DNA of 64,000 nt from Spirochaetales bacterium. GTDB lineage: Bacteria; Spirochaetota; Spirochaetia; JABEVK01. Within the stretch, counting starts at the first letter, position 1. The number at the start of each line of letters is the position of its first letter. Below the pieces are notes generated by a model, which saw nothing but the letters and a program-made list of their open reading frames with translations, searched no databases and was not told the origin of the DNA. The DNA lies in the NCBI GenBank assembly GCA_027451945.1, contig DAIDHT010000014.1, forward strand, positions 29,628-93,627. The letters run 5' to 3'. Shown here one piece after another: positions 9,240-16,953 of this stretch. A program made the position numbers and the translations under genes.

Positions 9240-10943
9240 TTATTGGAAAAACTCGGCGATCGGACCCAACGCCAAACCCGGGATGAAGTTCAGTGCCGCG
9301 ACAAGGAAGACGAAGAAAATTAACAGGAGGGCAAACGTGACGCCGTGTGTCGGCAAGGTGCCCAGGCTGGGGGCGTTCACCTTCTTGCCAGCGAGGTTCC
9401 CAGCAAGGAGGAGGACCGGCACGATGACCCCGAACCTGCCAACAAACATGGTGAAGGCGCCGGTGAGGTTCCAAAAGTGCGTGTTGCCGTTCAAGCCGGC
9501 GAACGCGCTGCCGTTGTTGTTGGCCATCGACGAAAACGCGTAGAAGATTTCGGTAAAACCGTGGGGAACAGGGTTGTTCATGTCGCTGGGCACCCAGTGC
9601 CACATTGTTGCGACTGCCGTTCCGCTGAGGATCAAGAATGGCGTGATCGTCACGGCAATCACAATCATCTTCATGTCGAAGCTTTCGATCTTCTTGCCCA
9701 GGTATTCGGGCGTTCGACCTACCATGAGGCCGCCGACAAAGACGGTCAGTAGGATCATGGCGATCATGCCGTACATCCCGCTACCCACCCCGCCGAACAC
9801 CACCTCGCCGACCTGCATCAGCAAGAGGGGCATCATCCCTCCCAGCGGCGTAAAGCTGTCGTTCATCGCATCGACAGCGCCGCACGAGGTTGCCGTGGTG
9901 ACGAGGTTGAACAACACCGACGGGCCGACACCGAAGCGTGTTTCCTTGCCTTCGAGGTTGCCCGCGCTCCAGTCGACGCCAGAAACGGCATGTGCCGGGG
10001 GCGAGGTTTCGGCAAGGTACGTGGGGACAACGAAACAGGTAAACAACGCCACCATGACGCCGTAGATCGCCCAACTCTGCCGCAGGTCGCCCACGAGGCG
10101 GCCAAACGCAAAGACAAACGACGCGGGCAACAGCAAAATCGAGAACGTCTGTAAAAAGTTCGTGAAGGCCGTGGGGTTTTCAAAAGGGTGTGCCGAATTG
10201 GCGTTGAAGAACCCGCCGCCATTGGTGCCGAAGTTCTTGATCCATTCCTGGCTCGCCACAGGCCCGAAGGGCAACACCTCTTTGGCGCCGTTCAACGTCG
10301 AAAACGTCAGGTAAGGCGCAAAGTTCTGAATAACCCCCTGCGAGGCCAGCACCAACGCACCGATGATCGACAGCGGCAGCAAGATATAGAGATTGATGCG
10401 GACCAAGTCGACCCAAAAGTTGCCCAGGGCGCGAGTCTCACGGCGGGCGAGACCACGGAACAACGCCGCCATCACCGCAATCCCAACCGCGGCCGAAAGA
10501 AAGTTCTGGACTGCCAGAACGGCCATCTGCGAAAAGTAGCTCATCGTCGACTCGCCCCCGTAGTTCTGCCAGTTGGTATTGGTGACGAAGCTGACAGCGG
10601 TGTTGAGCGCGAGGTCCCAGGGGACACCGGGAAAGTGTTGGGGGTTGATAAGGTTCTGGAACGGAAGCCTGTCCTGGAAGAACAAGAGCAAAAAGACGAC
10701 ACCGATTTTGACGACCGAAAGAATCATCACTCCACCGATCCACTGCTTGGCGTCCATCTCTTGGGGGTGGAGGCTGGACTGGCGGACCCCGGTGCACCGG
10801 ATCAGAAAGTGCTCGACGGGCCGCAAAGCCTTCAGAACACCCTCGGGGCCGGCCTCAAAAACATGGGCGACCCACCGTCCCAAGGGCCAGGCGGCGGCCG
10901 TCAGGACGACGAAGAAAACAAGATAATACAACAGATCGTTCAT
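9240..10943 (-). CDS. kdpA: K+-transporting ATPase subunit A
   Basis: FVTNTNWQ, GTNGGGFF, NSAHPFENP, GRTPEYLGKK, NNNGSAFAG. Start ATG 10943 with GGAGG SD; the ORF-track extension runs through the promoter. Confidence 0.97.
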   Translation of the reverse strand: MNDLLYYLVFFVVLTAAAWPLGRWVAHVFEAGPEGVLKALRPVEHFLIRCTGVRQSSLHPQEMDAKQWIGGVMILSVVKIGVVFLLLFFQDRLPFQNLINPQHFPGVPWDLALNTAVSFVTNTNWQNYGGESTMSYFSQMAVLAVQNFLSAAVGIAVMAALFRGLARRETRALGNFWVDLVRINLYILLPLSIIGALVLASQGVIQNFAPYLTFSTLNGAKEVLPFGPVASQEWIKNFGTNGGGFFNANSAHPFENPTAFTNFLQTFSILLLPASFVFAFGRLVGDLRQSWAIYGVMVALFTCFVVPTYLAETSPPAHAVSGVDWSAGNLEGKETRFGVGPSVLFNLVTTATSCGAVDAMNDSFTPLGGMMPLLLMQVGEVVFGGVGSGMYGMIAMILLTVFVGGLMVGRTPEYLGKKIESFDMKMIVIAVTITPFLILSGTAVATMWHWVPSDMNNPVPHGFTEIFYAFSSMANNNGSAFAGLNGNTHFWNLTGAFTMFVGRFGVIVPVLLLAGNLAGKKVNAPSLGTLPTHGVTFALLLIFFVFLVAALNFIPGLALGPIAEFFQ

Positions 10944-10994
10944 AGTGCCTCCGCGCGAAGCCGAAGCTTCTGGGTACAAGCTACGCGAGAAGTC

Positions 10995-11043
10995 CGTAAA
11001 AAGGGGGTAAAAGTCTGTTGATAGGTGGTAAAATTGCGGTAAA
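10995..11043 (-). promoter_or_regulatory. Putative KdpE binding boxes: four TTTAC(C/G) hexamers
   Basis: Hexamers at 11038-43, 11027-32, 11006-11 and 10995-11000 (periods 11, 21, 11 bp); resembles the E. coli TTTATA-N5-TTTACA KdpE site. Confidence 0.65.
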
Positions 11044-11069
11044 ATAAGGTTTAACAGCCTGGAGGAACG

Positions 11070-12173
11070 ATGCTGAAACCTCTTGCCCCCGCCGAACTGC
11101 TTCTGTTTAAGCAAGAACGGTCGGCTTACAACTCGCGCCTGATGCTCTTCGCTTCTCTGTTGTTGTTTGCCACCGTCCTATTCTTCTTTATACAGAACTT
11201 GGTTTTTCCTGGCTTTGCCCCCGAGAACTATTTTACAACCCTGTACTCTCGTCTCTACCTTTCACAGCTTATTTTTACAGGAATTATGGCCTTAAGCATG
11301 GTCATAGTCCGAAAATGGGGGAGCCTTGTCATTGCGGAACGGCTCAGCTTGGTGTATGCGGCGATTTTTTTGTGTTGGGAAGCGGTTGTAGCGTGTACCG
11401 ATGTTAAATGCGGCGCTATTAGCTCCTTCTATGGCGTGGCGATGATCGGCGCTGCGATTTCGTTGCGGTATCACATGGGCTATTACGTCGGGGTTTTCTT
11501 GCTGTCGATCCTCACCAATTTAGTTTCGACCTTTTTTATTCCCGGAACCTACCCCGTGATCTACTTGGTCTATATGATCGCCTACTTCATCCTTTCGCTG
11601 TTTTTTGCGTTCATCCTCAACCGGTTATTTTTTGAGAACCTGATCAACAAGCAAAAATTAGTGAAGTACAACGAAGAGCTACGCCAAATTTCCTTTTTTG
11701 ACTTTTTGACAGGTTGTTACAACCGACGGTATTTTCAAGAGGTCTTAAGTCGCCAACTTTTGCTCGCACAGCGAAAACATCAGACCATTGCTCTGCTGAT
11801 GATCGACATTGATCATTTTAAACAGATCAACGATACCTACGGTCACCCTGTCGGCGACTCGGTTTTGGCCTCGGTGGGGGAGACTCTTCGTCTGTCGGTG
11901 CGTAGTTGTGATATCGTCTCACGCTATGGCGGAGAAGAATTCACGGTCATCCTCCTCTTGGAACCCACTCTGGACACCATGGCCTTGGTCGCCGAAAGGA
12001 TCCGGCAGGCTATAGCCGAAAAACCAATCGCCCCCCTCTCTGCCCCGGTAACCGTCAGTATTGGGGCGGCCCTGCTTGTACCCGGCGACACCGAAGAACT
12101 ACTGATCAACCGTGCGGACAATTTGCTATACCAGGCAAAGCAAGACGGTCGAAATCGCAGTAAAGTAAGCTAA
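11070..12173 (+). CDS. Membrane-bound diguanylate cyclase
   Basis: About 6 N-terminal TM segments; DFLTGCYNRR, DIDHFKQINDTYGH, I-site RSCD, RYGGEEF. Confidence 0.93.
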   Translation: MLKPLAPAELLLFKQERSAYNSRLMLFASLLLFATVLFFFIQNLVFPGFAPENYFTTLYSRLYLSQLIFTGIMALSMVIVRKWGSLVIAERLSLVYAAIFLCWEAVVACTDVKCGAISSFYGVAMIGAAISLRYHMGYYVGVFLLSILTNLVSTFFIPGTYPVIYLVYMIAYFILSLFFAFILNRLFFENLINKQKLVKYNEELRQISFFDFLTGCYNRRYFQEVLSRQLLLAQRKHQTIALLMIDIDHFKQINDTYGHPVGDSVLASVGETLRLSVRSCDIVSRYGGEEFTVILLLEPTLDTMALVAERIRQAIAEKPIAPLSAPVTVSIGAALLVPGDTEELLINRADNLLYQAKQDGRNRSKVS

Positions 12174-12176
12174 GCC

Positions 12177-13796
12177 ATGTTTGTATCAAGAGCCGGAGTT
12201 ACCGGATTAACGATTGTTTTCATCCTCCTTTTGACAAGTTGTACGACGCCGTGGACTTCTTCAACGCCACCCAGCGTCAGTGGTGCGTCGTATGCGGTGC
12301 TGGGGGGTTACCTTTACCGCGTTGGCGGCCAGACTGCGGAGGGAAGCTGGAGCGCTCAAACCTGGTTTGCGCCGCTCACGTCAGGTACGGTAGGGGCTTG
12401 GGTCCGGGGGCCTGACCTTCCTGTAGGTCGAGCCTGGGCCGCAGTGGCCGCCGCCGATGGCTACCTTAACATTGCTGGTGGCGAAAATGCTTCTGGTCCC
12501 CTAAGCGACGTGTATTCGGGTTACGTGAGTCCCGGGCAAGGAATGCCAGGCTTTCTCAACGCGGCAGGCCAACCCGCCTGGAACCGCGCCGCCTATAACC
12601 TTCCGTACCCGGTCAGCCGTGCGGCTTCGGTGGTAGCTGACGGCCGCTGGTTTTTGCTCGGGGGCCAAAGCACTTCGGCGGCACCAACCGCAAACGCACT
12701 CTCGGCGGCCATCCTTATGGATGGATCGCTGGGAGGTTGGCACCTGCACTCGCAGTTCCTTGCCGTGCCAACCTGGGGAGCGACAGCCTTTTCGTGGAAT
12801 TCCTTGCTGGTTAGCGCGGGTGGCGAAACTTCCGCTGGCTTTGCCCCTACCCAGGTTTGGCAGTGGACCGGCACTTGGCAGGCCTGGGCACCACTGGTTT
12901 CAACCAACACTCTGCGCCCGCTTTTTTACGACGCTGGGACTTCGCTCAATTTTGGAAGCGGTTATACAGGAACCAAGGCGACCACAACCTGGTGGGGCCT
13001 GAGTGCTCAAGGCCTTACCACCTCGGTCTTTTCTGGCTCGCAGACTTCCTATTCTCAGCCCATTCCCACTGGTCAGCAGATCCTTGCGCGTACCAGTCAA
13101 GCGCTGATTTCTCCAGACGTCCAGGATCAGCTTCAAACCGTGGTCTGGCTACCGACAGCCTGCCCCGCTCCGGTAATTTTTCCTGTAAGTGGGCAAATCA
13201 CCGTTCCCAACACGCCCCGGCTTGACCCGTTACCCGATTGTCAAATTCACTACACCTGGACACCTTTAGGACAGCCTTTTCAAACACCCACTGTTGCCTC
13301 ACCGGTCTGGGATCCGTTGCACCCGCTCGTTCTCACGGGAAGTGGGCGCCTAGCCGCCATTCAGACCTTGCTTGATGGGAGCGAGGCTTCGAGCGAAGCT
13401 GATGCCGACTACACAGCGCAGTCGTTGGGGTTCACCTTGACGATCAACCAGAACCTCGCCTCTTCCCCCAACTATACGGCACAGACCATCGCCGCTGACT
13501 CTGTGGGAACGCCAGGTCTCGACACCTGGTTTCAGCTAACGCTGTATGTTCCCGTTCTTGGCCACCTGGGGCTTCAAGATGCTACTAACGGCCCTTGGAC
13601 AGCCCGCCTGACGTGGTCACTTTTAGAACAAGACACAGTCACCCCGGTTTTAGACGGCCAAGACCACCCGCTCAGCGACCAAGCCCCCGGCGATTACCCC
13701 GGGTTAGCCCTTTCGCCTGGCCGGTACCTTCTGCACGTTCACAGTACTGATGGTCAGGCTGGCGAAAGCTTTGGCTTGCTGTGGGAATACCAATAA
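12177..13796 (+). CDS. Lipoprotein with Kelch-like repeats, a chitobiase-C/Fn3-associated-like domain and a C-terminal beta domain
   Basis: Lipobox LLTSC; repeats LYRVGG, LNIAGG, WFLLGG, LVSAGG each followed by Trp; APVIFPVSG...IHYT...PT..SP pattern. Confidence 0.7.
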   Translation: MFVSRAGVTGLTIVFILLLTSCTTPWTSSTPPSVSGASYAVLGGYLYRVGGQTAEGSWSAQTWFAPLTSGTVGAWVRGPDLPVGRAWAAVAAADGYLNIAGGENASGPLSDVYSGYVSPGQGMPGFLNAAGQPAWNRAAYNLPYPVSRAASVVADGRWFLLGGQSTSAAPTANALSAAILMDGSLGGWHLHSQFLAVPTWGATAFSWNSLLVSAGGETSAGFAPTQVWQWTGTWQAWAPLVSTNTLRPLFYDAGTSLNFGSGYTGTKATTTWWGLSAQGLTTSVFSGSQTSYSQPIPTGQQILARTSQALISPDVQDQLQTVVWLPTACPAPVIFPVSGQITVPNTPRLDPLPDCQIHYTWTPLGQPFQTPTVASPVWDPLHPLVLTGSGRLAAIQTLLDGSEASSEADADYTAQSLGFTLTINQNLASSPNYTAQTIAADSVGTPGLDTWFQLTLYVPVLGHLGLQDATNGPWTARLTWSLLEQDTVTPVLDGQDHPLSDQAPGDYPGLALSPGRYLLHVHSTDGQAGESFGLLWEYQ

Positions 13797-13818
13797 AAAA
13801 GCCGACCCGAAGGTCGGC
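13795..13818 (-). terminator. Intrinsic terminator of the peptide-lipoprotein transcript
   Basis: Minus strand GCCGACC-TTCG-GGTCGGC-TTTTTT. Confidence 0.9.
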
Positions 13819-13851
13819 CACACTTTACCAGTTCCGAATCACTTCAGAAAC

Positions 13852-14865
13852 TTAGTTAAGAGTAACTGGTGTAGGAGCGGTATCTAAGGTTGTCAACGAA
13901 TTTGCTGAAGTTACAGCCGACATGGCTGTCTGAGCGGGGAAGGTTGAGTGAATTCCACCGCTCGACCCTGACTGCCCAAAGAAAACGTACACTTTAACAT
14001 TTTGTCCCATCGCCGCACCGGGACCAATATCCGAGTAAGGGATTTTCCATTTGTAGGTAGCCACATCGGTATTTGTTGTGCCTGTAGAATACTGAACAAA
14101 AGTTGCGGGCGTGCCCACGGCGGACTCTGCACCACCGCTAACAGACTTTTCAGCACCGACGGTGATGGTAGCCCCTGCTGTAGACCCACGATAAGCAACC
14201 CAACCATAATCAAAGTTGGTGCCTACATTGTCGGTAGTGATGCCCAAAGTCCCCCAACCCAAGAGGTTGGCCGTAACAGCCTCGCCCCCTGTCAAGGAAC
14301 CATCATCCACTAAAACGTAAATGTTGTTGCCAGCATTCTGGGGATTCATGACCGTTGACACATACAGGTTTGTGCCATCAGAGGTTACATAGGTGCTGGT
14401 AATAGCGCCACCCCAAGAACTTCCCGAGCCAGTTCCCAACATAGTGCCCCACCCTGTTACCGCAGCCGTGGCAGTCATATCGGGAGCCGGAGGTGCCGCC
14501 GCTGTAATCGTCACGGACGTAGCGCCGGTAATGTTTTGTGACACATTACCAACTGCCACGACGCTTGTGCCACTCAAGCCCTGGACGGCAAAGGTATAGG
14601 TACCGTTGGTAGAAATGGGGACGCTGAACTTATAAGGCGAGGTCGACGAAGTTTGGGTAGAGCCGACTTGCACGCCCGAAGAGTTAAATACATTCAGCTT
14701 GACTGTTGTGGCGCCATTGAGGTTCCGGGCACCAGCCCCCGTACCGTTGACGGTAACGGTTACGCCACTTGAGGTTGTCGAACTAGACGCCGTCGAACTT
14801 ACGGGGTTCTGGCACGCCATAAACACTAAAAATGTCGCCGAAAGAATGGAAAGAATCTTTTTCAT
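13852..14865 (-). CDS. Surface lipoprotein: Ser/Thr tether, beta-sandwich N-domain, DOMON/CBM9-like C-domain
   Basis: Signal peptide ending FMA-C-QNP; SD AAGGAG; YVTSDGTNLYV...WKIPYSDIG resembles DOMON-like sugar-binding domains (domain call is inference). Confidence 0.7.
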   Translation of the reverse strand: MKKILSILSATFLVFMACQNPVSSTASSSTTSSGVTVTVNGTGAGARNLNGATTVKLNVFNSSGVQVGSTQTSSTSPYKFSVPISTNGTYTFAVQGLSGTSVVAVGNVSQNITGATSVTITAAAPPAPDMTATAAVTGWGTMLGTGSGSSWGGAITSTYVTSDGTNLYVSTVMNPQNAGNNIYVLVDDGSLTGGEAVTANLLGWGTLGITTDNVGTNFDYGWVAYRGSTAGATITVGAEKSVSGGAESAVGTPATFVQYSTGTTNTDVATYKWKIPYSDIGPGAAMGQNVKVYVFFGQSGSSGGIHSTFPAQTAMSAVTSANSLTTLDTAPTPVTLN

Positions 14866-14886
14866 GTACTTCTCCTTTATAGATTT

Positions 14887-15000
14887 TTATTGTGCTGTAA
14901 CACTGACCGTGTAGTTAGTCAGCTCAGTAACGCTCCCTAACTCCACCAAGTTGGGTGCTTCATAAGTCAATTTTGACTCACTTTCAGCAAAAACTTTCAT
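14887..15000 (-). CDS. 37-aa peptide with lasso-type RiPP leader: MKVFAESESKLTYEAPNLVELGSVTELTNYTVSVTAQ
   Basis: Below the ORF-track size cutoff. SD AGGAGG (15009-15014), ATG 15000, TAA 14887-14889; exact YxxPxLxxxGxxxxxT match. Confidence 0.88.
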   Translation of the reverse strand: MKVFAESESKLTYEAPNLVELGSVTELTNYTVSVTAQ

Positions 15001-15029
15001 AAACCAGACCTCCTAGTCTTAGTTTAAAA

Positions 15030-15059
15030 ATGATAAATCCATCGTTAAAATTCTGTCAA
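15030..15059 (-). promoter_or_regulatory. Sigma70-type promoter TTGACA-N18-TATCAT
   Basis: Consensus -35 at 15054-15059, -10 at 15030-15035, A/T tract upstream; points into the peptide gene. Confidence 0.75.
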
Positions 15060-15067
15060 GAAAAAAA

Positions 15068-15081
15068 TAATCACGTGTGCA
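15068..15081. promoter_or_regulatory. Candidate LacI-family operator (minus strand TGCACACGTGATTA)
   Basis: Central CG with TGCA half-site; similar site at 24528-24541. Confidence 0.4.
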
Positions 15082-15157
15082 ATCAAGATTTGCAATTAAG
15101 ATTTTTTTAAGCTCCTCAACGCAGTTTTGTGGCATAGTAACGTTTGTGGCATATTAA
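15078..15157. repeat. Two short duplications: TGCAAT(C/T)AAGATT x2 (15078-15103) and TTTGTGGCATA(G/T)TAA x2 (15126-15157)
   Basis: Read directly; 1 mismatch each. Confidence 0.8.
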
Positions 15158-15188
15158 AGAGTATTCACCTATCCGCCGGAGGTTCACG

Positions 15189-16616
15189 ATTAAAGTCGCC
15201 GTCGTCAATACCAATGATCTTAAGGGAGGGGCTGCAAAAGCCGCCTACCGCCTCCACCAAGGGTTTCTCGAACTCGGGTTGGAGTCCTTCATGGTGGTGC
15301 AAGATAAAAAGTCGGACGACCCCACAGTGCTTGGCCCCCGCAATGCCGGCGAAAAAGCCGTTACACGACTTCGGACTTTCCTTGACCAACTGCCCCTGGC
15401 GGCCTACCCCCACCGGAGCGGTGCCATGTTTTCGCCGGCCTGGGTCCCTTTTAGCCCAGTGCTGGGACGGTTACGGCGACTGGCCCCCGATATTATTCAC
15501 TTGCATTGGGTTCAAAAGGGCATGCTTAGCATTAACGATTGGAAAAAGCTCCCCGGCCCCATCGTTTGGACCCTTCATGATATGTGGGCCTTTACCGGCG
15601 GCGACCACTATGCTTGCGATCAACAGTGTTTTACCCAACAGTGTGGTCATTGCACCGCCCTGGGTTCGCAACGCAAGTATGATCTTTCTCGGCGCATTTG
15701 GCGGCAAAAAGCAGCCGCTTGGGAACAGGTTCCCCTCACCTTGGTAACCCCCAGCCGCTGGCTCGGTGAACAAGCCCAGCGAAGCTCTCTTTTAGGAAAT
15801 CGCCCCCTTCACGTGATTCCCAACGGTATCGATACCGAGCTGTACCGCCCCCTGCCCAAAGACCAGGCCCGTTCATTGCTCAAGCTTTCGTCCGACCGAA
15901 AGTGGTTACTTTTGAGCGGTTTAGACCTCAACGAAGATCCGCGAAAGGGCCTCGACCTGTTGACCGAGACGGTAAACCAGCTGGCTTCGCGACTTCCCAA
16001 CCTCGGACTTCTCATTGCGGGCGCCTCTTGGTCACCCCGGCAATTTCCCCAGGGTCTTGAGTGCCGGTTTTTAGGCAAACTCGAAGACGACCTGAGCCTG
16101 GTTGTGGCCTACAATGCCGCAGACTTGGTGCTCCTCCCCTCCCGTCAAGAAAACTTTTCGAACGCTATGGTTGAGGCGATGGCTTGCGGGGTTCCGGTCG
16201 CGGGTTTTCACATCGGCGGCAATCCTGATATGATCATTCCGGGCGAGACAGGGGTCTTGGCACCTCCGTTTGATACCAAAGCACTGGCGAACGGGATAGA
16301 ACAGCTTTTAAGCCGTCCCGAAGCACTCAGGCAATGCTCGCTCCAAGCCCGGAAGCGAGCCATCGAGCTTTGCTCGCTCCCCCAGGTGGCCCAGCGCTAC
16401 TATGAACTTTTTGCGTCGTTGGAGGATTTGCATGCCTCAGGGCACACCCAGAAGGTTTCTCACCACCCTCGCACCACTTCTTATGCTCGGTCTGGGTTGC
16501 GCGCCGCCTCGTCCCTTGCCGTTGAGGGTAGTTCTTCAGCAGTGGGTTCCGGGCAGTCCCCAAACCGTTCTGATGTCCAGCTTGACCAAACAGGCCATAA
16601 CCTTCACGCAAACTAA
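15189..16616 (+). CDS. GT4 glycosyltransferase (WcaC-like); probable ATT start, extended C-terminus
   Basis: KVAVVNT..GGAAKAAYRLH, HLHW, WTLHDMWAFTG, IPNGID, ENFSNAMVEAMACG. GGAGG lies 6 nt before ATT 15189; alternative start TTG 15144. Confidence 0.88.
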   Translation: MKVAVVNTNDLKGGAAKAAYRLHQGFLELGLESFMVVQDKKSDDPTVLGPRNAGEKAVTRLRTFLDQLPLAAYPHRSGAMFSPAWVPFSPVLGRLRRLAPDIIHLHWVQKGMLSINDWKKLPGPIVWTLHDMWAFTGGDHYACDQQCFTQQCGHCTALGSQRKYDLSRRIWRQKAAAWEQVPLTLVTPSRWLGEQAQRSSLLGNRPLHVIPNGIDTELYRPLPKDQARSLLKLSSDRKWLLLSGLDLNEDPRKGLDLLTETVNQLASRLPNLGLLIAGASWSPRQFPQGLECRFLGKLEDDLSLVVAYNAADLVLLPSRQENFSNAMVEAMACGVPVAGFHIGGNPDMIIPGETGVLAPPFDTKALANGIEQLLSRPEALRQCSLQARKRAIELCSLPQVAQRYYELFASLEDLHASGHTQKVSHHPRTTSYARSGLRAASSLAVEGSSSAVGSGQSPNRSDVQLDQTGHNLHAN

Positions 16617-16953
16617 ATCACCCACGCAAGGAACTCTTTTGGTTTCCACGCCTGCCGTAGCGGTTAAAAACGCCTGGCTGGACGTTCTCTTTGCGCAAAA
16701 GCGCCTGGTCAGTGTTAGTTTAATGTTCAACGCCAGCCCGGCTGAGACGGCCCAGCTGTTTAACCTTCTTGCGCCCCGCATCGCCAAGGCCCAAACCTTA
16801 GAACTGGGTCATTTTTGGTACATCCCTCCCACCCCCGAGTCCTCGGGACAATACGTTTTTTGGGGTCCGTTCGACCACGGGTGGCGCTACCGTGATTGGC
16901 AAGGCCCCCCACCACAGCCACAAGGAGCCAAGCTTGCCAACCCCCGTCGATAA
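16432..16953 (+). CDS. Hypothetical lipoprotein
   Basis: GGAGG SD before ATG 16432; lipobox LGLGC; its stop overlaps the start of the next gene. Confidence 0.65.
   Translation: MPQGTPRRFLTTLAPLLMLGLGCAPPRPLPLRVVLQQWVPGSPQTVLMSSLTKQAITFTQTKSPTQGTLLVSTPAVAVKNAWLDVLFAQKRLVSVSLMFNASPAETAQLFNLLAPRIAKAQTLELGHFWYIPPTPESSGQYVFWGPFDHGWRYRDWQGPPPQPQGAKLANPRR

Noticed and set aside
7430-11021. Long antisense ORFs over kdpA/kdpB (e.g. 10188..11021)
   Set aside because: Shadow ORFs expected in GC-rich coding DNA; no motifs or SDs.
10944-11114. kdpF or an N-terminally extended KdpA
   Set aside because: No suitable start or hydrophobic helix; the extension crosses the promoter and the divergent gene.
14887-15000. 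Canonical lasso peptide gene cluster
   Set aside because: The core lacks a ring-forming Asp/Glu and is too short; no B or C genes in the window.
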